Source: an uncultured delta proteobacterium (lineage in GTDB: Bacteria > Desulfobacterota > Binatia > UBA9968). Taken from it: a DNA stretch of 64,000 bases. The first letter of the stretch is position 1; each line of letters starts with the position of its first letter. Positions 10,654-23,612 of the stretch are shown here, piece by piece. The stretch is from assembly GCA_963760795.1 (NCBI GenBank), contig CAVXEP010000003.1:160001-224000 (forward strand). The letters run 5' to 3'. The translations under genes and the position numbers were made by a program. The notes beneath the pieces are model-generated. The model saw only the letters and a program-made list of their open reading frames with translations, made no database searches and was not told where the DNA came from.

Positions 10654-11475
10654 CTATGCGAGCAGAACCGTGCCGTGAAACACTTCCGTCGCCCCGCCGG
10701 TCATATAGACGCGATTGTTGTCGCGCCATTCAATCACCAAATCGCCGCCCTTGAGATGGACCGTAACTTTCCGTGCCGTGCGGCCGGTGATCACGCCGGC
10801 AACGCCGACGGCGCTGGCGCCGGTGCCGCAAGCCCAGGTTTCTCCGGCGCCGCGCTCCCAGGTCCGCTGGCGGACTTCCGTCCGACTGATGATCTTGACG
10901 AACTCGGTGTTCACCCGCTTGGGAAAAAACGGATGATGCTCGAAATCGGGACCGATCTTTTGCAGATCCAAAGAATCGATATCGTCGAGATAAATCACCG
11001 AGTGAGGGTTGCCCATCGACACGCAGGTGATTTCGTAAGTTTTACCCTGCACCGTGAGCGGTCGATTTTTAATCTCGCCGTCGGCATCGACAGGAATTTT
11101 ACGCCCATCGAGAATCGGCTCGCCCATATCGACCTCTACTAGATCGCCGACGATCTTCGGCCGGATGATGCCGGCTAGAGTCTCCACTTCGAGAGTGCGT
11201 TTCTCCGTAATGCCATGATCGTAGACATATTTGGCGAAGCAGCGGATGCCGTTGCCGCACATCTCCACCTGGCTGCCGTCGGCGTTGTAGATCTCCATTT
11301 TGAAATCGGCGACTACCGATGGATGCACGGTGAGCAATTGATCAGCGCCGATGCCAAAGCGCCGGTCGCAGAGCTGCCTGGCCACGGCTTCAAGGTTTTC
11401 GATATTGTTTTTCAAACAATCAAGAAAGACGAAATCGTTGCCCGCCCCATGCATCTTGGTAAATTGCAATTCCAT
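10654..11475 (-). CDS. dapF: Diaminopimelate epimerase
   Basis: KMHGAGNDF, EMCGNG, SMGNPH and ERGAGETWACGTG. Confidence 0.95.
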   Translation of the reverse strand: MELQFTKMHGAGNDFVFLDCLKNNIENLEAVARQLCDRRFGIGADQLLTVHPSVVADFKMEIYNADGSQVEMCGNGIRCFAKYVYDHGITEKRTLEVETLAGIIRPKIVGDLVEVDMGEPILDGRKIPVDADGEIKNRPLTVQGKTYEITCVSMGNPHSVIYLDDIDSLDLQKIGPDFEHHPFFPKRVNTEFVKIISRTEVRQRTWERGAGETWACGTGASAVGVAGVITGRTARKVTVHLKGGDLVIEWRDNNRVYMTGGATEVFHGTVLLA

Positions 11476-11513
11476 ACTCTTGAACTCTTGAACCGTGGAA
11501 GGTTTTAACGAAA

Positions 11514-12785
11514 TTATTGCAACGAAGCGGGTATCACCTCGCCGTTGATCAAATCTTCGAAGCTCTCGCGCTTGCGCACAACATAATACTTATCGCCGTC
11601 GACCAGGATCTCGGGCGGCTTGGGATGCGAATTGTAGTTCGACGCCATGGTAAAACCGTAGGCGCCGGCGCTCATCACCGCCAGCAAATCGCCGCGCTTG
11701 GGCCGGGCGATGTCGCGGTCCTTGGCGAAGAAGTCGCCGCTCTCGCAGATCGGCCCGACCACATCGGCGTTGATGACTTCGGCCTTGGTCTCGACAATCG
11801 GCCGAATCGCTTGGTACGAGCCGTAGAGCGCCGGGCGGATAAGGTCGTTCATGCCGCCGTCGACGATGACGAATTTTTTCGTGTCGGTCTCCTTGATGTA
11901 CTGCACTTCGGTCATGAGAATGCCGGCGTTGCCGACGATCACCCGGCCCGGTTCGAGAATCAGCGTTACGTCCAGCCCCTCCAGACCTTTAATGATCGCC
12001 TTGGCATAGGCATCGGGCAGGGGCGGATTCTCATCGTTATAGTTGATGCCCAAACCACCGCCGAGATCGAGATAGCGAATCTGCGCGCCTTCTTTTCTCA
12101 TCTCGCCGAGCAATACCCGGTCGAGGTACTCGCGCACCTTGGCGAGGGCGTCGACGAATGGCGTCAAGGACGTCAGTTGCGAGCCGATATGGCAGTCGAC
12201 GCCGACGACTTCGAGGTGCTTAAGCGATACCGCGCGCTTGTAGGCTTCGATGGAGCGCTTGATATCGACGCCGAACTTGGCCTTTTTCATGCCGGTGGAA
12301 ATATAAGGATGGGTCTGCGGATCGACGTCGGGATTGACGCGCAAACTGATCGGCGCTTTTTTGCCGATACCGGCGGCGATTTCGTTCAAAGCGGTCAACT
12401 CCTCTTCGGACTCGACGTTGAACATCAAGATGCCCGAGTTGAGCGCATACTCGACTTCGTCCTTCTTTTTGCCGACGCCGGAAAAAACGATGCGCTTGGG
12501 ATCGGCGCCGACTTTTAGAGCGCGGAACAGCTCGCCGCCCGAGACGATATCGAAACCGCTGCCCTGTTTGGCGAAGGAGCGCAGCAGTGCCAGATTGGAA
12601 TTGGCTTTCACCGAAAAGCACACGATGTGCGGCACCTTGGCAAAGGCTTGGTCGAAGACGCTGTAGTGGCGCGTCAAGGTCGCGAGACTATAAACATAAG
12701 CCGGCGTGCCGACTTCCTGAGCGATGCGCTTGAGCGCAACGTCCTCCGCATACATTTCACCGTTGCGATATTCAAAATGATTCAT
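11514..12785 (-). CDS. lysA: Diaminopimelate decarboxylase
   Basis: SVKAN (PLP lysine), HIGSQ, DLGGG, EPGR and GPICESGD. Confidence 0.95.
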   Translation of the reverse strand: MNHFEYRNGEMYAEDVALKRIAQEVGTPAYVYSLATLTRHYSVFDQAFAKVPHIVCFSVKANSNLALLRSFAKQGSGFDIVSGGELFRALKVGADPKRIVFSGVGKKKDEVEYALNSGILMFNVESEEELTALNEIAAGIGKKAPISLRVNPDVDPQTHPYISTGMKKAKFGVDIKRSIEAYKRAVSLKHLEVVGVDCHIGSQLTSLTPFVDALAKVREYLDRVLLGEMRKEGAQIRYLDLGGGLGINYNDENPPLPDAYAKAIIKGLEGLDVTLILEPGRVIVGNAGILMTEVQYIKETDTKKFVIVDGGMNDLIRPALYGSYQAIRPIVETKAEVINADVVGPICESGDFFAKDRDIARPKRGDLLAVMSAGAYGFTMASNYNSHPKPPEILVDGDKYYVVRKRESFEDLINGEVIPASLQ

Positions 12786-12795
12786 GGCTGACCTC

Positions 12796-13230
12796 TTAGC
12801 GGGTGATTTCGACTTCGTTGGACGGTCCGCTCAGGGAGCCGTCGAAAAGTTGCGACGACACACGGTAGCGATAGATCGTATTGGCACGTACTTCGCGGTC
12901 GTCGTAACGATACTGTTTGAGACGCACGAATTTCTCCCGATCCTCGACATTGACCGTGGTCAATTGCCGGTACGGCACCGGGCAATCCAGGCAGCTCTGG
13001 GAAATTTCCTTGCGGAAGATGACAAAGCTGGCCAAGTCCTTGAGCTCGCTGCCGTCGACATACTCGGTCGGCCGGTTCCAGGTCAGGGCGACACTATCGG
13101 CGGCCGATTTTGCCGCTAAATTAGTAATCACCTTCGGCGTCACTAACTCGGGCGCGCGCGGATCGCCCTTCTTGCCACACGCGCTGCCCGACACCACCAA
13201 CATCAATACCAGCAGCCATGCGTGTTTCAT
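12796..13230 (-). CDS. Lipoprotein with LptM-like N-terminus and a fibronectin-III-like domain
   Basis: Lipobox GSA-C then CGKKGDP; LTW...YRYRV FN3 pattern; located upstream of lysA. Confidence 0.7.
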   Translation of the reverse strand: MKHAWLLVLMLVVSGSACGKKGDPRAPELVTPKVITNLAAKSAADSVALTWNRPTEYVDGSELKDLASFVIFRKEISQSCLDCPVPYRQLTTVNVEDREKFVRLKQYRYDDREVRANTIYRYRVSSQLFDGSLSGPSNEVEITR

Positions 13231-14607
13231 TAAATCCTCAATTCTTTCAGCCGGCGCACGACATTGCTTCTCGACGTGCCGCCCAGCGCACGCCGGCGCC
13301 CGACCACCGACGCCGGAGACAGGTAGTTGTAGATGTCCTTTTCGATCTTATTGGAAAATCCTCGCAGCTCCACCAGCGACAACTCTTCGATGCGCTTGCC
13401 GACGCCAATACAGCGCTGCACGACCTTGCCCGCCACCTCATGGGCCTGGCGGAACGGCATAGCGCGCTCGACTAAATAGTCGGCCAAATCCGTCGCGTTC
13501 ATATAGCCATCTTGGGCGGCGGCCAACATGCGCTCGCGCCGGACTTTCAACCCGCGGACGATCTCGCCGATGATTTTCACGCTCGCTTTGACCGTATCGG
13601 CGCTGTCGAACAGCGGCACTTTATCTTCTTGCAGATCGCGATTATAGGCAAGCGGCAACCCTTTCATGATGGTCAACAGCGCCAGCAGATGGCCGAACAC
13701 CCGGCCGGTCTTGCCGCGGATCAGCTCCGGCACGTCGGGGTTTTTTTTCTGCGGCATCATCGAGCTGCCGGTGCAATAACCGTCCGGCAATTCGACGAAG
13801 GCGAACTCTTGGCTCGACCACAATACCAATTCGTCGGCCAACCGGCTCAAATGGACAAACAGAATCGACGAAGCAGCAAGAAACTCTAGCAAGAAATCGC
13901 GATCGCTCACCGCATCGATGCTATTCTTTGAAATCCGCGGAAAACCCAAGAGCTTGGCGACATAAACTCTATCGATGGGAAAAGTCGTGCCGGCAATGGC
14001 GCCGGAGCCCAACGGTAGAACGTTGATCCGCTCCAAACAACCGGCATAGCGCTCGCAGTCGCGCTCGAACATGTCGTAGTAAGCCAGCAAATGATGCGAC
14101 AAGAGCACCGGCTGCGCCCGTTGCAAATGGGTGTAGCCAGGCATGATGACGTCGAGGTGTTTCTTGGCTCGCCTTGGCAAGCTCCCGTTGCAGAGTTTTG
14201 AGCAGAAGTAGAATTGCCGCCACTTCGTCGCGCAAATAGAGCCGCATATCCAAGGCGACCTGGTCGTTGCGGCTGCGCGCCGTGTGCAGCTTGGCGCCGG
14301 CGCTGCCGATCTTCTCGGTGAGCCGGCGCTCGATGTTCATGTGAATGTCTTCATCCGCCGGCGAGAACTCGAACTTGCCGCTGGCGATCTCGCGCTCGAT
14401 GGCCGCCAAGCCGCGGACAATTTTCTGCGCATCCCGCAGGGGAATAATCCGCTGCTTGCCGAGCATCTTGGCATGGGCGATGCTGCCCATGATGTCATGG
14501 CGGTACAGACGCGAATCGATGGCGATGGACGCGGTAAAGGCCTCGACGGAATCGGCGGTGCCACCGCTGAACCGGCCGCCCCAGAGTTTTTTTTTCGGCT
14601 TATCCAC
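13230..14607 (-). CDS. argH: Argininosuccinate lyase (one apparent frameshift near 14175; start may be 14622)
   Basis: [25 protein letters not shown] and [12 protein letters not shown] across two frames. Confidence 0.92.
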
Positions 14608-14619
14608 GATAACCTGAGA

Positions 14620-14695
14620 CAATGGAAAATTGATAATGGATAGTTGAAAATGATCGAGTCCTAAATTATCAATTCTCCATTTTCCATTCGCAATT
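14620..14695. repeat. Inverted heptamer tandem-repeat cassette between argG and argH
   Basis: AATGGAA AATTGAT AATGGAT AGTTGAA ... ATCAATT CTCCATT TTCCATT CGCAATT. Confidence 0.75.
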
Positions 14696-15895
14696 CACTT
14701 CGCCTTTGCTAGTTTACGCAGCCGCAGCCGCAACGCATTCAATCGAATAAAGCCTTCAGCATCGGCCTGGCGATAAACTTGATCGGCCTCGAAGGTCGCC
14801 ACGTTGGCATCGTAGAGCGAGGCGTCGGACTTGCGGCCGACCACCATGACGTTGCCTTTGTATAATTTCACGCGCACCCGGCCGGTGACGTTGGCCTGGG
14901 CGGCGTCGATGGTTTTTTGCAGCACTTCGCGCTCCGGCGCGAACCAGTAGCCGTAATAAATCATCTCGGCGTAGCGCGGGATCAGCGAATCGCGCAAGCG
15001 CAGCACTTCGCGGTCCATGGTAATCGACTCGATGCCGCGATGCGCTCCATGGAGAATTGTCCCGCCCGGGAGTTTCGTAAACACCGCGCGACTTCATGCC
15101 GACATAGCGGTTTTCGACCACGTCGACCCGGCCGATGCCATGCTTGGCGCCGATGTCGTTCAAGCGCGCCAACAGATTCGCCGGCGAGAGCTTTTTGCCG
15201 TTCAATGCCACCGGATCGCCGCGCAGATAATCGATTTCGATATATTCGGCGCGGTTGGGCGCCTTCTCCACCGGCCGGCACCAGACGAACATATCCGCCG
15301 GCGCTTCCTTCCACGGATCTTCGAGGACGCCGCCTTCGTAACTGATGTGAAACAAGTTGCGATCGGTGCTGTAGGGTTTGGCCTTGGTGACCGGCACCGG
15401 GATGCCATGCTTGCGCGCATAGTCGATCAAGGTCGAGCGCGCGTTTAAATTCCATTCGCGCCAGGGAGCGATGACTTTGATGCCCGGCTTGAGCGCATAG
15501 TAAGTCAGCTCGAAGCGCACTTGATCGTTGCCCTTGCCCGTGGCGCCATGAGAAACCGCGTCGGCTTTTTCTTGCACGGCGACGTCGATCTGCCCCTTGG
15601 CGATCAACGGCCGGGCGATGGATGTGCCGAGCAAATACGATCCTTCGTAAACCGCGTTGGCGCGCAGCATCGGGAAGACGTAATTTTTGACGAACTCTTC
15701 GCGCAGATCGCCGATCACGACTTTGCTTGCGCCCGTCTGCAGCGCTTTTTTCTTGACCGCCTGAAGATCTTCGCCCTGCCCCAGGTCGGCGCAGAAGGCT
15801 ATGACTTCGCAGCCATATTCTTCTTTGAGCCAGCGTAAAATGACCGACGTATCCAAACCGCCCGAGTAAGCCAATACTACTTTCTTGACGTTCAT
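14695..15895 (-). CDS. argG: Argininosuccinate synthase (one apparent frameshift near 15070)
   Basis: [27 protein letters not shown] and [13 protein letters not shown]. Confidence 0.92.
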
Positions 15896-16872
15896 CTGGA
15901 TTTCTTCAAACCTTTGCTTACGGTTTTCTTCATTGAACCTTGAACCCTTGAACCTTTGAACCCTTTTAAAAGCCAGACCATCACCGCCTTTTGCGCATGC
16001 AGGCGATTCTCCGCCTGATCGAAGGCGACACACTGCGGACTTTCCAGCACTTCGTGGGTGATCTCCTCGCCGCGGTGCGCCGGTAGGCAATGCATCACCA
16101 CCGCATCCGGTTTCGCCATGGCGACGACTTGGCTATTGACCTGGTAGGCGCGAAACGCTCGCAAGCGGTCTTGCACCTCTTTTTCCTGGCCCATGCTGGT
16201 CCAGACATCGGTATAGATCCCATCGGCGCCGGCCACCGCTTCTCTGACCGAATGAGTGATCGTGATCTTCGCCCCTTGGCTGCGCGCCTTTTGCAAAATC
16301 GCGGCGTCAGGTTCGTAACCCTTGGGACAGGCCAAGGCGAACGCAAACGGCACGATGGCGGCGGCTTCCAACCACGAATGAACCATGTTGTTGCCGTCGC
16401 CGACGAAAGCGATCTTCAAACCTTCGAGCTTGCCCTTATGCTCGATCAAGGTTTGGCAATCGGCGAGCACCTGGCACGGATGGTAGCCATCGGTGAGCGC
16501 GTTGATCACCGGCACCGCGGCATATTCGGCCAACTCTTCGATGATCTTGTGGCCGAAGGTGCGTACCGTGATCAGATCGAACCAGCGGTCAAGATTGCGC
16601 GCACAGTCCGCCGGAGTTTCCCGCGTGCCCAAGCCAACCTCGGCGGGCCCCAAGTAAACCGCGCTGCCGCCCAACTGGATCATGCCGACGTTAAAGGTCG
16701 CGCGCGTGCGCAGACTGGGCTTTTCAAATACCATTGCGAGCTGCTTGCCGGCCAACCAAGCATGCGCGATGCCGCGCAGCTGTTTGCGCTTCAACTCGTC
16801 GGCGAGTTGCAATAGGCCGTCGAACTCCCGGCGGCTCATGCCGGCGAAATTGAGCAAATCGCGTTTGTTCAT
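15892..16872 (-). CDS. argF: Ornithine carbamoyltransferase
   Basis: [18 protein letters not shown] and DQAENRLH; the C-terminal tail runs through a tandem repeat. Confidence 0.93.
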   Translation of the reverse strand: MNKRDLLNFAGMSRREFDGLLQLADELKRKQLRGIAHAWLAGKQLAMVFEKPSLRTRATFNVGMIQLGGSAVYLGPAEVGLGTRETPADCARNLDRWFDLITVRTFGHKIIEELAEYAAVPVINALTDGYHPCQVLADCQTLIEHKGKLEGLKIAFVGDGNNMVHSWLEAAAIVPFAFALACPKGYEPDAAILQKARSQGAKITITHSVREAVAGADGIYTDVWTSMGQEKEVQDRLRAFRAYQVNSQVVAMAKPDAVVMHCLPAHRGEEITHEVLESPQCVAFDQAENRLHAQKAVMVWLLKGFKGSRVQGSMKKTVSKGLKKSR

Positions 16873-16892
16873 CGAATTTATGATGCTGATGG

Positions 16893-18976
<2,084 letters not shown>

Positions 18977-19009
18977 TTACAGGTTATTTCGGGTTTGCCG
19001 TGAAGATGG

Positions 19010-19105
19010 TTTCACCACGAAGGTTCATTGTCGCAGGCGAAAAATCTTTCACCCCTACCTAAATCATCCGAACCCGTCGTGTCCGTCGTGTCCTTCGTGA
19101 TGAAA
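19010..19105. repeat. CACGAA-type inverted repeat element between hslU and argB
   Basis: tttcaccacgaagg ... cgtcgtgtc cgtcgtgtc cttcgtgatgaaa; same family as the repeat at 53180-53470. Confidence 0.65.
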
Positions 19106-19202
19106 ACTCTTTCCCATTTGCGCTGCGACTCGCTACGCTCGTCGTGGCACACAACCCAAACGGAACGCGACGCATTATCCGCAAAATGGCTGAAGAACCA
19201 AT

Positions 19203-20582
19203 TTACAAGATATAGCGCGACAAATCTTCGCTCTTCAAGATCGGCGCCAGCCGCTCGCGCACATAGGCCGCGTCGATGGCGACTTCCTGGCCGTGCATCT
19301 CCGGCGCGGCGAAAGAAACTTCGTCGAGCAGCCTTTCCAAGATCGTGTGCAGCCGGCGCGCGCCGATGTTTTCCATGCGCTCGTTGACGTCGGCAGCGAT
19401 GGCGGCGATCTCCTGCACCGCGTCATCGGCAAACTTGAGATGGACGCCCTCGGTCTCGAGCAGCGCTTCATATTGTTTGATCAGCGCGTTCTTCGGTTCG
19501 GTGAGAATGCGCACGAAGTCGTCTTTGCCGAGGGAACTCAGCTCAACGCGAATCGGGAAGCGCCCCTGGAATTCGGGGATCAAGTCCGACGGCTTGGCCG
19601 TATGAAACGCCCCGGAAGCGACGAACAGAATATGATCGGTGCGCACCATGCCGTACTTGGTATTGACGGTGCAGCCTTCGACGATCGGCAAGAGATCGCG
19701 CTGCACCCCCTGGCGCGAGACATCCGGCCCATGCGCGGACTCGCGGCCGGCGATCTTGTCGATTTCGTCGAGAAAGACGATGCCCGACTGCTCGACACGT
19801 CGGGTAGCCTCGCCGGTGACTTTGTCCATGTCGACCAGCTTCCCCGCTTCTTCCTGGGTGAGAATCTCCAGCGCCTCGGGGATCTTGACGGTCTTCTTCT
19901 TGGTCTTCTTGGGCATCATGTTGGAAAACATGTCTTTGAGATTGAACTCCATGCCTTCCATGCCCTGGGGCGTCAGCACTTCGATCATCGGCATCATCGA
20001 CTGCGACATCTCGATCTCGACGAAGCGGTCGTCCATCTTGCCGTCGCGGAGCATTTTCTTGAGCTTATCGCGGGTCCCCTGCAGCCGCGCCGCGTCGACC
20101 GCTTCGGCGTCAACCACCTCACCGGCAGGCAGCAACAAATCGAGCACCCGCTCCTCGGCCACTTCGCGCGCCCGGATCTCGACCTTCTGCTTTTCTTCCT
20201 CTTTGACCATGTTGACGGCGAGATCGGTCAGATCGCGGATGATCGACTCGACATCGCGGCCGACATAACCGACCTCGGTGAACTTCGAGGCTTCGACCTT
20301 GATAAACGGCGCCTGGGCGAGCTTGGCCAAGCGCCGGGAGATTTCCGTCTTGCCGACGCCGGTGGGACCGATCATGATGATATTTTTCGGCGCGATCTCG
20401 TCGCGCAGATCGTCCGGCACCAACTGGCGCCGCCAGCGGTTGCGCAGCGCGATGGCCACCGCCCGTTTGGCGTCCTTTTGCCCGACGATATAACGGTCGA
20501 GTTCCGAGACGATCTCGCGCGGCGTCATCACCGGCGCCGGCGAAGTCCCGGCGTCATTGAGTGTTTTTGCAACGTCTGTCAT
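19203..20582 (-). CDS. hslU: ATP-dependent protease ATPase subunit HslU
   Basis: [26 protein letters not shown]-like [22 protein letters not shown] and terminal RYIL; RBS AGGAG before 20582. Confidence 0.95.
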   Translation of the reverse strand: MTDVAKTLNDAGTSPAPVMTPREIVSELDRYIVGQKDAKRAVAIALRNRWRRQLVPDDLRDEIAPKNIIMIGPTGVGKTEISRRLAKLAQAPFIKVEASKFTEVGYVGRDVESIIRDLTDLAVNMVKEEEKQKVEIRAREVAEERVLDLLLPAGEVVDAEAVDAARLQGTRDKLKKMLRDGKMDDRFVEIEMSQSMMPMIEVLTPQGMEGMEFNLKDMFSNMMPKKTKKKTVKIPEALEILTQEEAGKLVDMDKVTGEATRRVEQSGIVFLDEIDKIAGRESAHGPDVSRQGVQRDLLPIVEGCTVNTKYGMVRTDHILFVASGAFHTAKPSDLIPEFQGRFPIRVELSSLGKDDFVRILTEPKNALIKQYEALLETEGVHLKFADDAVQEIAAIAADVNERMENIGARRLHTILERLLDEVSFAAPEMHGQEVAIDAAYVRERLAPILKSEDLSRYIL

Positions 20583-20728
20583 GGGAATTAACACTCCTAA
20601 CAATTCCGCCAGGAAATGCAATGATTTCCCCGCGAGTAGCCAGGCGAGCGATGCACCGTTGCCCGCGTCCCCGCTCTGTAATTTGGAAGTTGTAATCTGG
20701 AATCCGCAGTGCCGCGCCCAGCGCGGCA

Positions 20729-21259
20729 CTACGGAAGCTCTTCAAAGGTCAGCTGCTCGTTGGTGTAAACGCAGATGCCGGCGGCCACCCGCATGGCTTC
20801 TTCGGCGATCACGCGGGCGTCGAGCTGGGTGTGTTTGACCAGCACCCGCGCCGCCGCCAGGGCATAGTTACCGCCCGAGCCGATGGCGATGACGCCGTCA
20901 TCCGGTTCGATGACATCGCCGGCGCCGGAAATGACCAGCAGATCGGTCACGTCGGCGATGATCAGCAACGCCTCCAACCGCCGCAGGATGCGATCCGTGC
21001 GCCAATCCTTGGCCAGCTCCACCGCGGCGCGCTTGAGATTGCCGTTGAATTGTTCGAGCTTGGCTTCGAACTTCTCGAATAGCGTAAAGGCATCCGCCGT
21101 CGCGCCGGCGAAACCGGCGATCACCTTGTCATGATGCAGCTTGCGCACCTTGCGCGCGCTATGCTTCATCACCGTCTGCCCCAAGCTCACCTGGCCATCG
21201 CCGACCATGACCACTTTGCCGCCATGGCGTATCGCTAAAATTGTCGTTCCTTCAAACAT
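20729..21259 (-). CDS. hslV: ATP-dependent protease subunit HslV
   Basis: GTTI N-terminal Thr, [14 protein letters not shown] and IGSGG. Confidence 0.95.
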   Translation of the reverse strand: MFEGTTILAIRHGGKVVMVGDGQVSLGQTVMKHSARKVRKLHHDKVIAGFAGATADAFTLFEKFEAKLEQFNGNLKRAAVELAKDWRTDRILRRLEALLIIADVTDLLVISGAGDVIEPDDGVIAIGSGGNYALAAARVLVKHTQLDARVIAEEAMRVAAGICVYTNEQLTFEELP

Positions 21260-21273
21260 AATTAATTTCGGGT

Positions 21274-21333
21274 CGAAGATAGCGGATCGAGAATTGAGAA
21301 TCGCGATCTTCTATCCTCCATCTTCCATCCTCG
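21274..21333. repeat. Inverted heptamer tandem-repeat cassette between xerC and hslV
   Basis: CGAAGAT AGCGGAT CGAGAAT TGAGAAT CGCG ATCTTCT ATCCTCC ATCTTCC ATCCTCG. Confidence 0.75.
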
Positions 21334-21344
21334 ACTTTCCAATT

Positions 21345-22255
21345 TCACGCCCGCGGATGCGCCTTGTCGTACACCGCGGTCAGTTGATCCAAGTTCAAAT
21401 GGGTATAGCGCTGGGTCGTCGATAGGCTGACATGGCCGAGCAGCTCCTGAATCACTCTCAGGTCGGCGCCGCTGTTGAGCAAGTGAGTGGCAAAGCTATG
21501 GCGCAAACCATGGGGACCCATTTTGATCTGGATGCCCGCCAGCCGCAAATGTTTCTCGACGATGCGCGCGACGCTGCGCGTGGTGATGCGCCGGCCGCGA
21601 TGATTGAGAAACACCGGCGTTGCGCCGCGGCAAGCGACCTGCCACTGCAGATCGGACCGAGTCGGCGTAGGACTCTAGCGCCTTCAGCGCCACCGCGCCG
21701 ATCGGCACGATGCGTTCCTTGGCACCCTTGCCGACCACGCGAATGATGCCCAATTGGACGTCAATATCAGACCAGTGAAGCCCGACCAACTCGCTGACGC
21801 GAATCCCCGTGGAATAGAACACTTCCAACACGGCGCGATCGCGCTGGTCGAGGCCGCTCTCAAGCTTGATCGTATCCAACAAGTGAAACGCGTCGTCGAC
21901 GGTAAGAAACTTGGGCAGCGGCTTTTCCTGCTTGGGCGAGTTGATCAACAGCAGCGGATCTTTGCCGAGCCGCTTGGTCGTCACCAAATAGCGAAAGAAC
22001 CCTTTCAGCGCCGCCAGCTTGCGCCCGATCGAACTCTTCTTGCGGTCCGGCGCTAAAGACGCCAGATAAGCCCGCACCACATGAATGTCGACTTTGCCGG
22101 CATCCACCCCGCCGTCACCATCCAGCGCCTGCTCCCGCGCCACAAGAAAATTTTGAAACTGCGCCAAGTCGCTTAGATAATTGCGCAGCGTGTGCGGCGA
22201 CACATTGCGCTCGTTGCGCAGGTGTGCCGGCATATTGTTGGATTAGCGATTCCAC
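21345..22255 (-). CDS. xerC: Tyrosine recombinase XerC (apparent frameshifts)
   Basis: [35 protein letters not shown] and [14 protein letters not shown]; xerC-hslVU synteny. Confidence 0.88.
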
Positions 22256-22364
22256 GGTCGGGCTTTCAACTCGTTGAGAATACCACCAACCGGAGTTGAA
22301 CTCTACCAAATGATTAGTAAACCTCGGTTTCACGTCGATTTCGATTCATGTTAATCGTACCCCT

Positions 22365-23121
22365 GTGGCGATCGAAGAAGACCTCTCATTTCGCACTGCC
22401 AACGGCGATACTCTCAGTGCAGTTCTGCACCATCCAAAGCGTTCGCCCCACGGCGCGAGCGATCCTTTGCCATGGCATGGAGTCGGCGAAGCATAGCGAA
22501 AAATTGATCTTCTTGGCTCAAGCGCTGGCGGAGCGCGGAATCTTAGCGCTGCGCTTCGACTTCCGTTACGTCGGCGAGTCCAGCGGCAAGTTCGCCGACA
22601 TTACTTACAGCGGCGAGGTGGAGGATCTGCAGGCGGCATATGAATCGATTCAAAGCCGACAGCCCGGCAAGACCGCCATCTTTGGCTCCAGCATGGGCGG
22701 CACAGTGGCGTTGCTCTTCGCCGCCGAGGAACCGGAAGTCGCCGCAGTCACCACCCTAGCGGCGCCAATGCATCCGGAAAATTTTCCAAAGCGCATGCTC
22801 ACACCCTTACAGCTACAGCATTGGCGCGAACGCGGCTACACCAGCTACAACGGCCAGCGCTTGAATGTTTCCTTGCTCGACGACTTAGAGAGACTCAACG
22901 TGCCAGAGGCCGTGCGGCGAATCCGCTGCCCGGTGCTAATCCTTCATGGCGACGCCGATGAAGTCGTGCCGGTTGCCGAAGCCTATGAACTGCACGAATC
23001 TCTAAACAGCGCCAAACGGCTGGCGATCTTCAATAACACGGATCATCGCTTCTCGAATCCAGAGGTCATGCAGGGCGCCATGACCGAAGCGCTGGATTGG
23101 CTGACGGAACATGTTAGATAA
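22365..23121 (+). CDS. Alpha/beta hydrolase (apparent frameshift near the N-terminus)
   Basis: ILCHG, GSSMGG nucleophile, HGDADEVVP and DHRF; GTG 22365 gives MAIEEDLSFRTANGDTLSAVLHHP. Confidence 0.85.
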
Positions 23122-23130
23122 AGTGCAACG

Positions 23131-23538
23131 ATGATAACAAAACTACAGATGGTCGTTCGAGCTGTCGCTATGGCTTTGTTCCTAACCGCCTGCGGCCATG
23201 ATTTAAACACCGCTCAAGGCGTAGCCGAGGAATTTGTCGATCATCACTATGTCAAGATCGATTTGCAAAAGGCCAAGCAGTTCACGGTAAGCGTCGCCCA
23301 AGCCAAGATCGACGAGGAGATCCGCCTGACTAGCGGGCAAACCATCGATGCCTCGACGCAAAAGCCGCGGGTGAATTACGCGCTATTGGAAAAGAATGAA
23401 GGCGAGCAGCGGTCGACGTTTTTGTTCGAAGGCAAGATTCAATCCGACGACGGCACGTCGTTTACCCGCAAGTGGTCCATCGCCACGCGCAAGGAAAGCA
23501 ATGGCTGGCGGGTCTCAAACTTCACCGAATCGGAGTAG
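23131..23538 (+). CDS. Hypothetical lipoprotein
   Basis: Lipobox LTA-C; C-terminal GWRVSNF suggests an NTF2-like fold. Confidence 0.7.
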   Translation: MITKLQMVVRAVAMALFLTACGHDLNTAQGVAEEFVDHHYVKIDLQKAKQFTVSVAQAKIDEEIRLTSGQTIDASTQKPRVNYALLEKNEGEQRSTFLFEGKIQSDDGTSFTRKWSIATRKESNGWRVSNFTESE

Positions 23539-23612
23539 ACAGAATCGAGATTCGAGACCAAGAGCGCCCCTCAGGTATCGCTATATCAAATCAGATATCC
23601 GGCTCTTGTCCG

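Noticed and set aside
20583-20729. N-terminal extension of HslU in the ORF track (similar extensions predicted for DUF1501, argG, apeL and apeH)
   Set aside because: Downstream ATGs with an RBS or stop/start coupling fit family lengths better; the extensions run through repeats or neighbouring genes.
21345-22255. Tyrosine recombinase as the island's integrase
   Set aside because: It has XerC features, sits in the conserved xerC-hslVU operon, and is not at an island edge.
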